From NCBI RefSeq assembly GCF_018350175.1, contig NC_058383.1, positions 20,276,001-20,340,000 on the forward strand: a stretch of DNA of 64,000 bases. Reading direction: 5' to 3'. Below, piece by piece: positions 37,711-49,986 of the stretch; positions within the stretch are counted from its first letter, which is position 1; each line of letters begins with the position of its first letter. The DNA comes from Felis catus. Its lineage: Eukaryota. Under the pieces are notes generated by a model. That model was not told the origin of the DNA, did no database searches, and was given only the letters and a program-made list of their open reading frames with translations. The position numbers and the translations under genes were made by a program.

Positions 37711-38010
37711 TCGATTATTAATGTGCACACAAATGACCTAGGAATCTTGTTGCAGAACGGATTCTGATTCGGAAGGTCTGGGGTGGAGGCTGAAATTCTC
37801 CATTTCCAGCAAGTGCTCAGGATGTACTGATGTTGTTGGTCTACAAGGTTCTAAAACACGAGTGCTCAAACCTGGCTACACACTGAGATCACCCGGGGAC
37901 TTTATGAGATCACCCGGGGACTTTAAACAATATTGATGCTTGGGTCCCATCATCAGAGAATTTTATTTAATTATCCGAAGGGTGACGATTAAATCACCCT
38001 CAAATAAGAT
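37711..38010. mobile_element. MER5A/MER5B hAT-Charlie fossils (two adjacent pieces)
   Basis: TTCTGATTCGGAAGGTCTGGGGTGGAGGCTGAAATTC and GCTCAAACCTGGCTACACACTGAGATCACCCGGGG. Confidence 0.7.
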
Positions 38011-38652
38011 CGAGGCACAGAGACTTCCCAAGGCTCCTCATCATCATGTCCTAGAACACTTTAATGTCTGGTTGTACGTCTCCCCATGCCCCACAATACA
38101 CCCTCACCGTGACCCTGGAGGGGTTGTATCCCTGATCTCCTTCTGATACTCCTTCCTGTTCTCATATGTCTTATAAGGGGTATGGACTTGATTCTGTATT
38201 TGACAACAGGCGAATGTCTCTTATCATCATAGTTTTCAACCTTGACATCACATGCATTCACCCCAGGCCCCACGTGCGTAGATTCTAATCCGACTGGACT
38301 AGAATTCATAGTTAAAGACAAACCGCGAAACATAAAACTAAAACCCGCCCAGGCGACCCTGAGGTGGGGCCAAGACTAAGAATAACGGATTTACGATATC
38401 GAAGGCAAACCCCCCATTATGGCATCTGCTCTGGTGGGTCCCTCTCTGGCCACCGGCCTGAGCTTCCGACCCCTTGCCTGCACCATGCCTCCTCGCCACA
38501 TTTCTGGGCTTTTCCATGTATGTCATGTTATCCTCTGCCTCTGGGATTTTTGCACCCTGTGTTCTCTTTTCTGAAATGCTTTCTCGCATTTTCTCTCTCC
38601 GGAAAAATTCCTGTCCTCCCGTGTCACCTTTTTTGTGGGTGAAATCTTTTCT

Positions 38653-38847
38653 TTTTAAAAAAGTTTATTTATTTATTTTCGGGGGGTGGTGGTGCAGAGA
38701 GAGAGAGAAGGAGAGAGAGAATCCCAAGCAGGCTCCTCACTCTCAGCACAGAGCCGGACTCAGGACTTGATCCTATGAACCGTGAGCTCGTGACTTGAGC
38801 GAAATCAAGATTTGGACGCTTAACTGGCTGAGCCACCCGGGAGCCCC
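38653..38847 (-). mobile_element. Can-SINE
   Basis: Full body; TSD GTGAA(A/G)TCTTTTCT. Confidence 0.92.
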
Positions 38848-39524
38848 TCGTGAAGTCTTTTCTGACCCACCGTGAGAGATTTAATTATTCTCTCTTGGGT
38901 GCTGCCTCTGATCCAGTAACATGTCTATATCATAACCTGTCATAAAATTGTGCAGATATTACACTTACATGCATCGAGCTCCTTGAGGGGCGAGACAACG
39001 CCTCACCGTGGGCTGCAGGGTGGTGTGGAGGACAAAGTCTGAGGACCCAGCTCGAATCTGCCTTGTCCTTGCGGTTAACTGGAACCGGGGCGGGGGGGAG
39101 GGGGCAAGTTACTGATCTCTCTCTGGCTTGCTCTCCTCTCTTGAAATACACACGAGAACACAGGCCAACAATAGACGTTGGACAAAGGATACATTTTCCT
39201 CCTACTGGGGCGGAGCAGAGCCAGAAATTCTCCACTTTCAGGGGACACACCCACGTGGCTGTCTACAAGGTTCTGAAACACTGGGTTCTGTATCCTTGAG
39301 GCTTAGCGCTCTTCCTAGGACGTGGCTGGAGGCAAGACGATCTCACCTGCCTGACCTGGGAAGTCAAACTGGGATCCGCACACGTCCCGACGACTGCCAT
39401 CATCACGGGGAAAAACCATGAACAATGGTGACCGGTAACTCTACAGGTGTTGGCACACTTCCACCCAAGAGTCTCCATTCTGGGAATGTCGATCCGGGGA
39501 ACGAAGCATTAAAATCAAAAGCTG

Positions 39525-39734
39525 GGGGCGCCTGGGTGGCTCAGTTGCTTAGCTGTTAAGCGTCTGACTTTGGTTCAGGTCATGATCTTGTGGTTCGGGA
39601 GTTCGAGCCCCGTACGGGACTCTTTGTTGTCAGCGATCCTCAGTCTCCCCCTCTCTCTCTCTGCCCCTCCCCTGCTTGTGTGCATGTGCGCTCTCTCACT
39701 CTCTCTCTCTAAAAAATCAATGAACATTAAAAAA
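39525..39734 (+). mobile_element. Can-SINE
   Basis: TSD TCAAAAGCTG. Confidence 0.92.
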
Positions 39735-40039
39735 TGTCAAAAGCTGCACACACAAAGATGTCCATTGCTGCATTATCTATATGGCCAAAACAAACAAAAT
39801 AAACAGACCTGAAAGGCTTTTAAGTGGCCAGAATATTGAACTAGTAAAATAAATAATGGCGCATCCTGATAAAGTCCTACTAATGAGCTCTTTAAAAGCT
39901 CAGTACCGAAGATCTATAGAAATGTGGGGAAACGTTTATGTTCCAATATTAAATTTTAAAACACAAATACAGAATGATTACCCTGGCACGATTATTTACC
40001 TGAATTTCGCCTGCAGGTAAAAAATACTTCAAGAAAATG

Positions 40040-40295
40040 TCTAGAAAGGAAAAAAGCTGTTATATATATAAATATATAAATATATATTACATATAATATA
40101 TATTTAAATATATGTTAATACATATTATATATAATATATAAATATATATTTATATATATTTATATATATTTATATATATTATATATAAATATATATTATA
40201 TATAATATATACATAATATATAAATATATATTATATATAATATATACAAACTTATATAAAATATAAATATATATAAATATATATAAATAATAAAG
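40040..40295. repeat. AT-rich (TA)n-type island
   Basis: About 255 bp of interrupted TATATA/TATAAA. Confidence 0.95.
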
Positions 40296-40842
40296 TTTTT
40301 TTTAATCACTTCTTAATAAAGCTATTCCTTCTTTTCCCCCCTAGGTACAGAAATCAGTCTATTCCATGAGTCTTCGCTGAGTTCTTATATCATGTAAGAA
40401 CTAGGTGGTTACTCCAAAGATCAGGCTTCAGCCTGATACACAGGTATAGACCCAAAACATTATACTGAAATGTAAAGAGAGAGAAGCAACATCAGAATCT
40501 GGGAAAATGCTGGCTTTAGAGTAGAAAGACCTGAGTCCCGGTTGCAACCTGTGTGGGTCAAGTCATAGCACTTCTCTGTTAAAACCTGCCAGTGCCCCGC
40601 TGCCTCTCTCAACATAAAAGCCCAAATCTTTACTGTGGCCTCCAAAGCCCTGAATGACCTGGATCAAGTCCCCGACCTCATCACATGGCACTTTCCTTGC
40701 TCACCTGGCTCCAGCCCCTCTGGAGTTGTTGCTCTACAGCATGCCAAGCATGCCGGCCCCAGGGCCTTTGCAGTTAAGGATTCCTTTGCCTAGAAATAAG
40801 GCCAACTCTCATTTCCCTCAAGTCTGTTCAAATGCTCTTGTT

Positions 40843-41047
40843 GTAATGTTTATTTTTAAGGGAGAGAGAGACACAGAGTGTAAGCGGGGGAGGGGCAGAG
40901 AGAGAGAGGGAGACACAGAATCTGAAGCAGGCTCCAGGCTCTGAGCTGTCAGCACAGAGCCCAAGGCGGGGCTTGAACTCACGGACCACAAGATCATGAC
41001 CCGAGCCAAAGCCGGACGCTTAACCAACTGAGCCACTCAGGCGCCCC
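40843..41047 (-). mobile_element. Can-SINE
   Basis: Full body; TSD AAATGCT(C)TTGTT. Confidence 0.93.
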
Positions 41048-41213
41048 TAAATGCTTTGTTTTAGTGAGGCTTTCCTTAACCATTCTCCATAAAATTGCAA
41101 CCCCCTGTACTTTTCTGCTTTCAGTTTTTTCCATAACCCTCATCACTATCAGATATAATACGTACTAATCATTTGGATTCTGCCCTCCCTCCACTAAAAG
41201 TGAAGCTCCTCCT

Positions 41214-41428
41214 AGGGCCGCCTGGGTGGCTCCATCGGTCAGCTCAGGTCATGATCTCGCGGTCCATGAGTTCGAGCCCCGCATCGGGCTCTGTGTTGAC
41301 AGCTCAGAGCCTGGAGCCTGTTTCGGATTCTGTGTCTCCCTCTTTCTCTCTCTGCCCCTCCCCTGCTCACGCTCTCTCTGTCTCTCTCTCTCTCTCTCTG
41401 TCTCTCAAAAATAAATAAACATTAAAAA
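41214..41428 (+). mobile_element. Can-SINE with internal deletion near the head
   Basis: CCTGGGTGGCTCCATCGGTCAGCTCAGGTCATG...AAAATAAATAAACATTAAAAA. Confidence 0.92.
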
Positions 41429-43049
41429 CATGTTTTTCATGGGCAGGGATTGCTGTCTGTTTTGCTCATTGTTGTATTGCCAGAGCCTAGAATGACGCCC
41501 AGCATACGGTAGGCCCTCAACAAACATCTATTGAATAAGTGAATAAAATAATAAGCAAGACTGTGTCTTCATCTACAAAAGGGGGCACGATATTTCTCCG
41601 TTCACGGAGTCCCTATGTCAGAGCAGCTGGTACAAGCTGGGCACCATGGAGCAGAGGGCACCTTCCGAATGGTCTCAGTAAGGATCATTGCAGTAGGCAA
41701 GCCACACCCATCTCACCAGAATCCTCTGCGAGTGAGACAGTGCACCAGCAAAACTCCAATGCCTACCTCGGAGGCTCTGTGCATTCTAATAAGAAAGCAG
41801 CCTTCATTTCTGCACTCAGTAGCACAGGCTGTCAACAGCCAAGGAAGGGGGGGGGGGCGTGTGGAGAGAGAAAAAGAAGAAGAAAAAAGAAAATGAAATG
41901 CACCTCGGCGAGTTTTGCACCCAGGAAAGTATACAGATTTTTTTTTTTTAAATCATAAAACCAGAAAGACAAAAGCAACCAGTTTAACAAATTAGACCAG
42001 CTCTTGTCAAAGGAGATGTTTTTTTTTAAGCCAGGACTAAACAACCCTCCCAGCGCTGTAGAAGTCTGCAAATGTGAAATTCTTGGAGCTTGAAAAGGTC
42101 TCTCTCGCCAGCGCGAATGCTTCCAATAATACCCAGAAACAAGATTCATTAAAAGCTATCTTTAGCATTATCAGCGATGGTGTTATTATCCCGTGTCCTT
42201 CATAAAGTACATTGCGGGCTTCCACTCCAAGTCACAAAGGAGGAGCAAGGGGGGGGGGTCTCCTTGCTCCGCTGGCAGAGGGAAGAGAGGATCTAGGAAT
42301 TTAAACCAGAAAGCCAAACTGGGAGAAGCACGATCTGCAACAAATAATTGTAACATGCCACCGGGATGCATTTCACGAAGAGGAGAGCTTCCTGCGTCTT
42401 CCGGGTATCAGAGAAGGGGTACTTAACAAAGTTCCAATAGCATCTGCCAGGACAGCTAAACACAGAGATCAAGGGGACCGTTAGGGACCATGGGAAGGAC
42501 AGGGCAGTAGTCCCCAGCAAGGAGTTGGCCCTCGGCTAACATTTCTTGAATGAGTCAATAAGGGAGCGGATGGATCCAAACACGAAGCTGCGAACCGCCA
42601 AAATACTTGACGTGCTCATCCACAACATTGTATTTATTGGTTATCCTCGAGGAACACGGGGGGCAAGTGACGCAGGCTTCCCCAAGCTCAGCGGGGAGGA
42701 AAGAGTCCAGGTCAGCTGAATCCATATGGTGCAGTTAATTACCCCCCCCCCCAAAAAAAAGACAGGCTTGATCACCACCGGAGACGACAGAGCAGGTGCA
42801 GTAACCAAATCTCAGACCCTGGTCGGGGATGTGCGACAATTTATCAGCCGTAGTTTCCCAAAGAACACGATCAAGAGGCGAAACTAGTAAGAATCTCCAC
42901 CCTTGGGGAAACGGGAACCACCGAAACCCTGCGTTCCTCGTGAGACCATAAACCCATTTTCTGGGGCATGTTCATTACCAAGCATTTATCATGTACCAGG
43001 CGCTGTGCCTGACCGGAATCCTCTTACCAGCCCCTGAACACAAAGCTCC

Positions 43050-43400
43050 TACGGTGGTTAAGAGCAAGGACACCAGAGCGTCTGGGCTGGAAGCCAGGTC
43101 TGTCACTGACTAGCTGAATGGGCTCAGGCAGCCTCACGTCTGCAGCCTCAGTTTACCTACCCGTGAACTCCACTGATCATAGTTCCTATCTCAGACACCT
43201 GCTGCGAGGGGTGAGAGGGGTTAATCCCCATGTAGCACTTGGAACATGTCCAGCACAGAATACGTGCCATGGGGGTGTAAGGTCCCTATCAGCCTTGCTG
43301 TCGAGATGAGGAAACTGAGACCCAGAGATGCCAAGGAAGGTGGCTAATGTCACACGATTACTCGGTGGCCGGGCTGGGATTACAACAAGGGTCATTCTGC
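43050..43400. mobile_element. Two adjacent MIRs in opposite orientation
   Basis: GTGGTTAAGAGCA...GCCTCAGTTTACC (+) followed by GATGAGGAAACTGAGACCCAGAGA (-). Confidence 0.7.
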
Positions 43401-43861
43401 CCCCCACGCTCACCTTCTTAGCAATGATGCCATCCATTTGTCTGATTTTTGTCGAGGAGGCAAAATTCCTGAATCATATAAAAATACCTCTTGAATCAGC
43501 TCTTAAGCTGCTCTAACACAATGTGGGGAAACTAGGAAGTGAAACATATGCATACCAAGGAGTTCCAGAATCTGCTGGGGCTTTGGTTGGCTGCACGTGA
43601 AGAAAGAAAGAGGTCAGCACAGTTCCCAGTTTTCTGGCGTGGGTGCCTGGGGAGGAAAGAGGAAGACTGTGTTTGGGGCTGGTAGGCTGGGGTAAAGACG
43701 TGGCGTGCCCGAGGGCTGGGCTCAACTCAGATAATGCAAATTTAGCAAACACCACTGCAGACCTCATCTGCAATATAAGGCAGATAATTTGACTTACATA
43801 GGCTTGCAAGAAGGCAAGAGAGAAGAAACCTAGAAGCATGAGGTTTAGAATCAACACATTC

Positions 43862-44075
43862 GTGGCACCTGGGTGGCTCAGTTGGTTGAGCGTCCGGCTT
43901 CAGCTCAGGTCATGATCTTGCAGTTTTTGAGTTCCAGCCCTGCATCGTGCTCTGTGCTGACAGCTCAGAGCCCGGAGCCTGCTTCAGAATTTCTCTGACC
44001 ATCCCACACTCGCACTCTTTCCCTTTCTCTCTCAAAAATAAATATACATGAAAAATATTAAAAAAAAAAAAAGAA
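43862..44075 (+). mobile_element. Can-SINE
   Basis: GGCACCTGGGTGGCTCAGTTGGTTGAGCGTCC...A tail. Confidence 0.92.
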
Positions 44076-44132
44076 ACCCGCACATAGTACTTCAATAAAT
44101 ATCTGATGATGCTTTAACACTGTCAGGAGTTC

Positions 44133-44342
44133 GGGGAACTTGAGTGGCTCAGTCGGTTGAGCGTCTGCCTCTTGATTTCGGCTCAGGTCAGGATCCCAGG
44201 GTTGTGGGATTGAGCCCCGAGTCAGGCTCTGCCCACTGAGTGTGGAGCCTGCTTAGGATTCTCTCCCTCTCTCTCTCTCCTTTTGCCCCTCTCCCCTGCT
44301 CTCTCTCTTTTCCCTAAATAAAATTTAAAAAAAAATTTAAAA
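44133..44342 (+). mobile_element. Can-SINE (older subfamily)
   Basis: GTGGCTCAGTCGGTTGAGCGTCTGCCTCTTGATTTCGGCTCAGG. Confidence 0.9.
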
Positions 44343-44605
44343 CAGCCAAATGTTTTAAATAGACAGAAAACTGGATGAAAAAAAGCTTGCAACTATTGTA
44401 AACCTGTCCCATCCGTCCTGTCAACACCTTTAATTCTTAGAGCTCAGAGGGAGTGAAAGCAATCCTGGTTTAAAGGTAAGAATGCTAAAACATATGGGGT
44501 CCTTTTATATACAGGTGAGTTGGGGAGCTTGGAGCTCAACCAGGCTTTTCAGACCCCAGGGTTCACGTCCCCTCCCCGCTGCTTCCTTTAAAAAACAACC
44601 TTTGT

Positions 44606-44830
44606 GGGGCGCCTGGGTGGCGCAGTCGGTTGAGCGTCCGACTTCAGCCAGGTCACGATCTCTCGGTCCGGGAGTTCGAGCCCCGCGTCAGGCTCTGGGC
44701 TGATGGCTCGGAGCCTGGAGCCTGTTTCCGATTCTGTGTCTCCCTCTCTCTCTGCCCCTCCCCCGTTCATGCTCTGTCTCTCTCTGTCCCAAAAATAAAT
44801 AAACGTTGAAAAAAAAATTTAAAAAAAAAA
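44606..44830 (+). mobile_element. Can-SINE, young SINEC_Fc type
   Basis: Near-consensus; perfect TSD TAAAAAACAACCTTTGT (44589 and 44831). Confidence 0.97.
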
Positions 44831-46805
44831 TAAAAAACAACCTTTGTGATCACGGAGATGCTGGTCTAGAAGACTGGGCACGTGCTTGGCCCAGAGACCC
44901 TTCTCGCCGCTAGGGACTCTTGCCTGACCTTGTTCCCATTTTGTTACTCGTGCTACAGGCGTCTTTTGTGCAAGACGCAGCAAACCCTTTTTGGAATAGC
45001 ATTTGCAAATGCTATCCGTCAATAAAAAGCTATTTGCGCCCCGGTGTTCGTGTGCATCTTTCACGTACACGTGGCTGCATGTGTGTGTGTGTGAGCCGTG
45101 AACAGCCTGGCACTCAGTAGGTCTTCAACAGGACGACTGTGCCTCACCAACCCCTCACTTAAGTCCACGAGGGCGTCTTTGTAGTTTCAACCACTGCACG
45201 GGGCAAAGCACCTAACAGGCTCCGGCCTGCTTTGCTTCCAGACGTGTCTTCTGAATCGGGGCACAGCCCCGGGTTCTGGTGGAGGCCGTCCTCCAGAGGA
45301 AAAGGGTTTTTACGTTTCATCTGCCGGCCGGCTCTGCTGCTTTGGAAGGCCTCCTCACAGTCGGGGAAAACTGCGGCTCTCTGGATCCAGGAGGGAGGCA
45401 ATTAGACGCTGAGTGTCAGTTAGCAAGCATCTGCCCACCGGCGCCCCAGGAACAGGCAGGTTTGCAAGACAGCGGCTAAGCCTCATCTTACCAGGACTCT
45501 CACTGACTCAGGCCCCCCCACAGCAGCTGGAAACCTCTCTCACCCGGGGCAGGCCGGGGGCAGCTCCTCAAAGCCGGAAGCCCTCGCTTTCCGGGTCTCT
45601 GCTCTGCCTCCCGGCCTCCTACACCCTCCTTTCCTTACTCCCCATCCGCCCCCTATGACAACTCCTCCCCCAGCGGAGTGGGGCGACGTTGAGGGAGGGA
45701 CACAGTCTCCTGGTTTAGCTACAAAGGGAAATGCGCTCTGACTTAATCGGAAGATTGGAGGTTACGGTGACTGACTGCAACAGGTTTAGGATGAGCACAT
45801 ACACGGTTATGGGTCCTGGAGGTGCACCTTTAAGCCAAGCAAAGATGGCGTCCGTCTTCATGGTCCTTAATTCTCATAGGGCAGGGGGGGATGGCCGGCA
45901 TAATAAATAACTGAATAATAAGATTTTAGCTAGGGCGAAGGGTTACCAAGAAAATAACCAAGGTAATGAAATCCAGAAGGGTGTGTACGAGTGTGTGCGT
46001 GGGGCACTACTTTACTTTAGCGTGGGTGGTCAGGGAAGGTCTCTCTGAGGCTTTTGAGAGGGGAGAGAAGGCCGAACATAGAAAGATCCAGAGAAAGAGC
46101 ATCCCAGGCAAAGGGAAAAGGCAGGACAAAATCCTCGACACCTGCCATCAAATAGTCTTCTCAAAATGACATTTTTGCTGCATCCGCAAATCATCTCTAG
46201 TCATCTCTGTGCCACCGGTAATTTGTCTCACGTTTTAGGAGACACGGTGCGAGATCATCTGTAAATTCCCTCTTCTCTGCCATTCTTCTATTCTGTGAAT
46301 CTCCCCGGGCAAAGCCGGTGTCAGCATGCGGCAAAGGATTTGGAGGAAGAGAAGGGGCCAGGGGCCGGGAACTAAAGATCTTCCCCATCAAGCCTCCCTA
46401 TTCGGGGTCAAAGAACAAGGGCAAGACACAAAACCGTCTGGTCCTTCTCCTCCACCGCCTCCCACCAGACACCTGGATCATCTCCCAGCCTCCCCAGCCT
46501 TGTGAATCTAGAGAAGAGTTGCAGACGGGAGAAGACAGAGAGGGACTGGAATGCCATTAGTTAAATGCACTGTTAAGAGCCTGCAGATTCAGAGCCCCGG
46601 GCAATGCCTCATCCTCAACAAACGACCATAGCTTCTTTCCGGGAGGCAGCAGCTCCTTCTCTAATGAAGGGATTCACGGCTTCTTGTTCTAATGAAAATG
46701 TACAGATGAGGCTTCTTAGTTTTATGTAGAGCTTTGGATTTTCATGTGCAAGGAGGTCTCCTGGGCTCCTGATCTCATAGGAAAGCACACAAGTATTCCC
46801 CGGCC

Positions 46806-47017
46806 CAGGGTTTTTTCAAGGTCAGCCCTACTGATGTTTTGGGGCCAGATCATCCTTACCGCGGGGAACTGTCCTGGGTGTCTGGAGGGCATCCGTGGCC
46901 TCTACTCACTACAAGCCAGCTGTACCCCTGCCCTCAGCTGTGAAAAACAAAAGAATGTCTCCAGACATCGCAAAATACCCCCTGGGGGACAGAATCCCCT
47001 TGGTTGAAAACTACCGC
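46806..47017. mobile_element. MER20 hAT-Charlie fossil
   Basis: TTTGGGGCCAGATCATCCTT...AATGTCTCCAGACATCGCAAAATACCCCCTGGGGG...GGTTGAAAACTACCG. Confidence 0.88.
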
Positions 47018-47869
47018 CCCAGCCTCACCCTGGAGCAGAAAGTATCTGATTGAAGAAAAGGACGTGTTTCTGCCTCTTTCACACAAACTGGATTTCCACT
47101 GGTTCCCCAACATCCTTGTTGAGACATCTTCACTCTGTGGCATCCGTTCAGCTGGATATCGTATATTCACCCAGGAAATTAAAAGCTGGAATGAAAAGCT
47201 TGTACAAACTGAGGACTGTTAAAAACGCTCAATGTCACAGCACCGCAAGAAGGGTTACCAACAAGCCATGAACTTGGAGACGTTCCCCCTTGAACAACAT
47301 TAATGCTGATCAGACCCCAAGTGAATAGAACTAATTAAAATTTAGCAGCGTCCTGATTCTCTCTGGTAACATACGTGGGGTTGTCTGTTATGGGAGCGTT
47401 CGGGACGCGGGCACCACACCATAACCTCACATAATGGGACCCTTTATAAGGTGCACAGAGGAGATGACAACGTGAATTCTCTTGAGATTAGTGACTCAAA
47501 ACAAAATATCGCATCATTCTATTTGTTTCCAATTATCTTGTTTAAATTCCTCATTTGATTCTTCATTTAAATAATTCTTGTGTATTCTCTACTACCCCTA
47601 TTTAGAAGCAGGGATCTTATCTACATGCCTCGCTGCTATCCCTTCACTGCTTAGAATTGTGCTTGGCACAGACTAAGAACTCCGTCTACACTCAGCGAAT
47701 AGACGCATTTGGAATGAATGAAGTTATTCCTGGTAAGTGTTGGTTAGAACTTGGGGGGAACTGACAAGAGAGGCTTACAGGGAGGTCATTGCAAGTGGGG
47801 CAGACAGTGAGGCAAAGTCCTTTTGTCTTCCCTCTTTCCTTATTTTTTATGCTTCTGGGTGTGGGCGTG

Positions 47870-48278
47870 TCCCATCTAAAGCTCCTGACGGGTGAGTTTC
47901 AAACCATTCTCATACCTTTCCAACTCACACTCGTGGGTTCCGGCCTGCTTGCAGTCTTTGATTCCCGTTGCCTGCTGTGTAGACCTCAGGGTCCCACATC
48001 AAGCAGCCTACAGAGACTGCCTCGTCAGTGTCCACGGTTACACCAGCCAACTTCCCAACAAATCCCTTAAATATATACCAGACATGATTCCTTCCTTTTG
48101 GGGCTCACCCTGTAACAAGATAGTATGGGAGACAGACATATACACTGATAACTATTTCATAACCACACCACAGAACATGCGTACGTATATATGCAGACGT
48201 ACACACACACGCATGCACACACACACACACACACACAATCTATGGTTCTACTCCTCTGGCTGAATCCTGACTGATACA
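47870..48278 (+). mobile_element. MLT2E/F-like ERVL LTR 3' part
   Basis: ACAAATCCCTTAAATATATA, (CA)n, then TATGGTTCT...CTGAATCCTGACTGATACA terminus. Confidence 0.6.
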
Positions 48279-48674
48279 CAACCTACACAAATTGATTAAT
48301 ACCTAAGTGGCATCCAAGGACCCGTCCAGAGAACGTATCAGGATTCTTGACCAGGCACTCTGGGGAGACCTTGTAAAGAAGTTAAATGATCGCTGTTTGG
48401 AGCTCAGAAGACACATCCTCAACACCCCTTTTTGCTGAATAAGAACGATGTGACCTCGGATAAGTCAAATAACATCTTGGGTCTATAGTTTCTCCCTCTG
48501 TAAAATGGAAGAGTCAAACACCCACTTGCGTCGGAAACATTTACCGCCAAATATCAGTGTTTTCTCACTCGCCACTCATTTCCCAGCCTTCTTACGGTCA
48601 GGCCGGGTGTGTAATTAATCCTGGCCAGTGCGCTGTGAGTGGAAAGGATGTGCCACTTCCTGCTGAGGCATTTA

Positions 48675-48913
48675 TTTATTTTTTTATTTTTTTTTTAAAT
48701 GTTTTTTTTCAACATTTATTTATTTTTGGGACAGAGAGAGACAGAGCATGAACAGGGGAGGGGCAGAGAGAGAGGGAGACACAGAATCGGAAACAGGCTC
48801 CAGACTCTGAGCCATCAGCCCAGAGCCCGACGCGGGGCTCGAACTCACAGATCGCGAGATCGTGACCTGGCTGAGGTCGGACGCTTAACCGACTGCGCCA
48901 CCCAGGCGCCCCC
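48675..48913 (-). mobile_element. Can-SINE, young SINEC_Fc type
   Basis: Near-consensus; TSD TGCTGAGGCATTTA. Confidence 0.97.
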
Positions 48914-48940
48914 TTGCTGAGGCATTTAAAAGCCAGTGTG

Positions 48941-49986
48941 TGCACGTGTTTTTTTGAATTAGTGTTTTCGTTTCCTTTCGGTAAACACCTAGTAGTGCAA
49001 TGGCTGGGTCGTGGGATGGTTCTATTTTTAATTTTTTGAGGAACCTCCGTACTGTTTTCCAGAGTGGCTGCACCAGTTTGCATTCCCACCAGCAGCGCAA
49101 GAGGGTTCGTTTTTCTCCGCATCCTCGCCAACACCTGTCGTTTCTTGTGTTGTTGGTTTTGGCCACTCTGAAAGATGAGAGGTGGTATATCATTGAGGTT
49201 TTGATTCGCATTTCTCTGATGATAACTGATGTCGATAAAAGATGTTGAGCATCTTTTCGTGTTCTCTTGGCCACCCATATGTCTTCTTTGGAGAAATGGC
49301 TTTTCCTGTCTTCTGCCCATGTTTAACGTTTATTTATTTAGTTTGAGAGACAGAGTGCAAATTGGGAGGGGTAGAGAGAGAGGAAGAGAGAGAATCTCAA
49401 CCAGACTCCATGCTGTGAGTGCAGCTCTGACTCAGAGCTCGATCCCAAGAACCCTGAGATCATGACCTGAGCCGAAAGCGACAGTCGGACGCTCAACCGG
49501 CTGAGCCACCCAGACCCCCGAGTCTTCTGCCCATTTTTAATCGGGTTACTTGTTTTTTTGATGTTGAATTGTAGAAGTTCTTTATGTACAGACAATGGAA
49601 TATTACTCAGCCATAAAAAAGAAGGAAATCTTGCCATTTGCAACTTCATGGATGGATCAAGAGAGTTATAGTGTTAAGTCGAATAAGGCAGAGAAAGACA
49701 GACACCATATGATTTCACTCATGTGGAATTTAAGGAATAAAAGAAAGGGAGAAAGAAAAAAGGCAAACAAACAAACAAAATCCAGACCCTTAAATATAGA
49801 GGACAGATTGGTGGCTGTCAGAGGGGAGGAGGGAAGGGAGGGAGGTGGATGAAACAGGTGAAAGGGATTAAGATTACATTTACCATGATGAGTCATCCAT
49901 ACATTTACGGATAAAATTCTTGAATCACTATACTGTACCCTTGAAACTAACAACACTGCATGTTAATTTTGCTGATTTTCTTTAAA
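48941..49986. mobile_element. 5'-truncated, 5'-inverted L1 (ORF2 C-terminus plus 3' UTR)
   Basis: Minus-strand ORF 48885-49274 reads [28 protein letters not shown] (ORF2 Cys-rich domain). Plus-strand sequence from 49595 reads MEYYSAIKKKEILPFATSWM. Orientation flips near 49587. Confidence 0.93.
49321..49519 (-). mobile_element. Can-SINE nested in L1
   Basis: TSD GTCTTCTGCCCAT. Confidence 0.92.

Larger units (their letters stand above)
39465..40325 (+). mobile_element. Ancient L1ME-like 3' end, containing a SINE and an AT island
   Basis: CCATTCTGGGAATGT...ACAAAGATGTCCATTGCTGCATTAT...TAAAATAAATAATGG are L1 ORF2-end/3' UTR motifs. Confidence 0.55.
40585..41545 (-). mobile_element. L2a 3' region interrupted by two SINEs
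   Basis: CCAGGGCCTTTGCAGTT, GGGCAGGGATTGCTGTCTGTTTTGCTCATTG and GTAGGCCCTCAACAAACATCTATTGAATAAGTGAAT. Confidence 0.75.

Noticed and set aside
48709..49320. Longest ORF (203 aa)
   Set aside because: It is off-frame L1 sequence running into a SINE; the overlapping 129-aa ORF is simply L1 ORF2 C-terminus.
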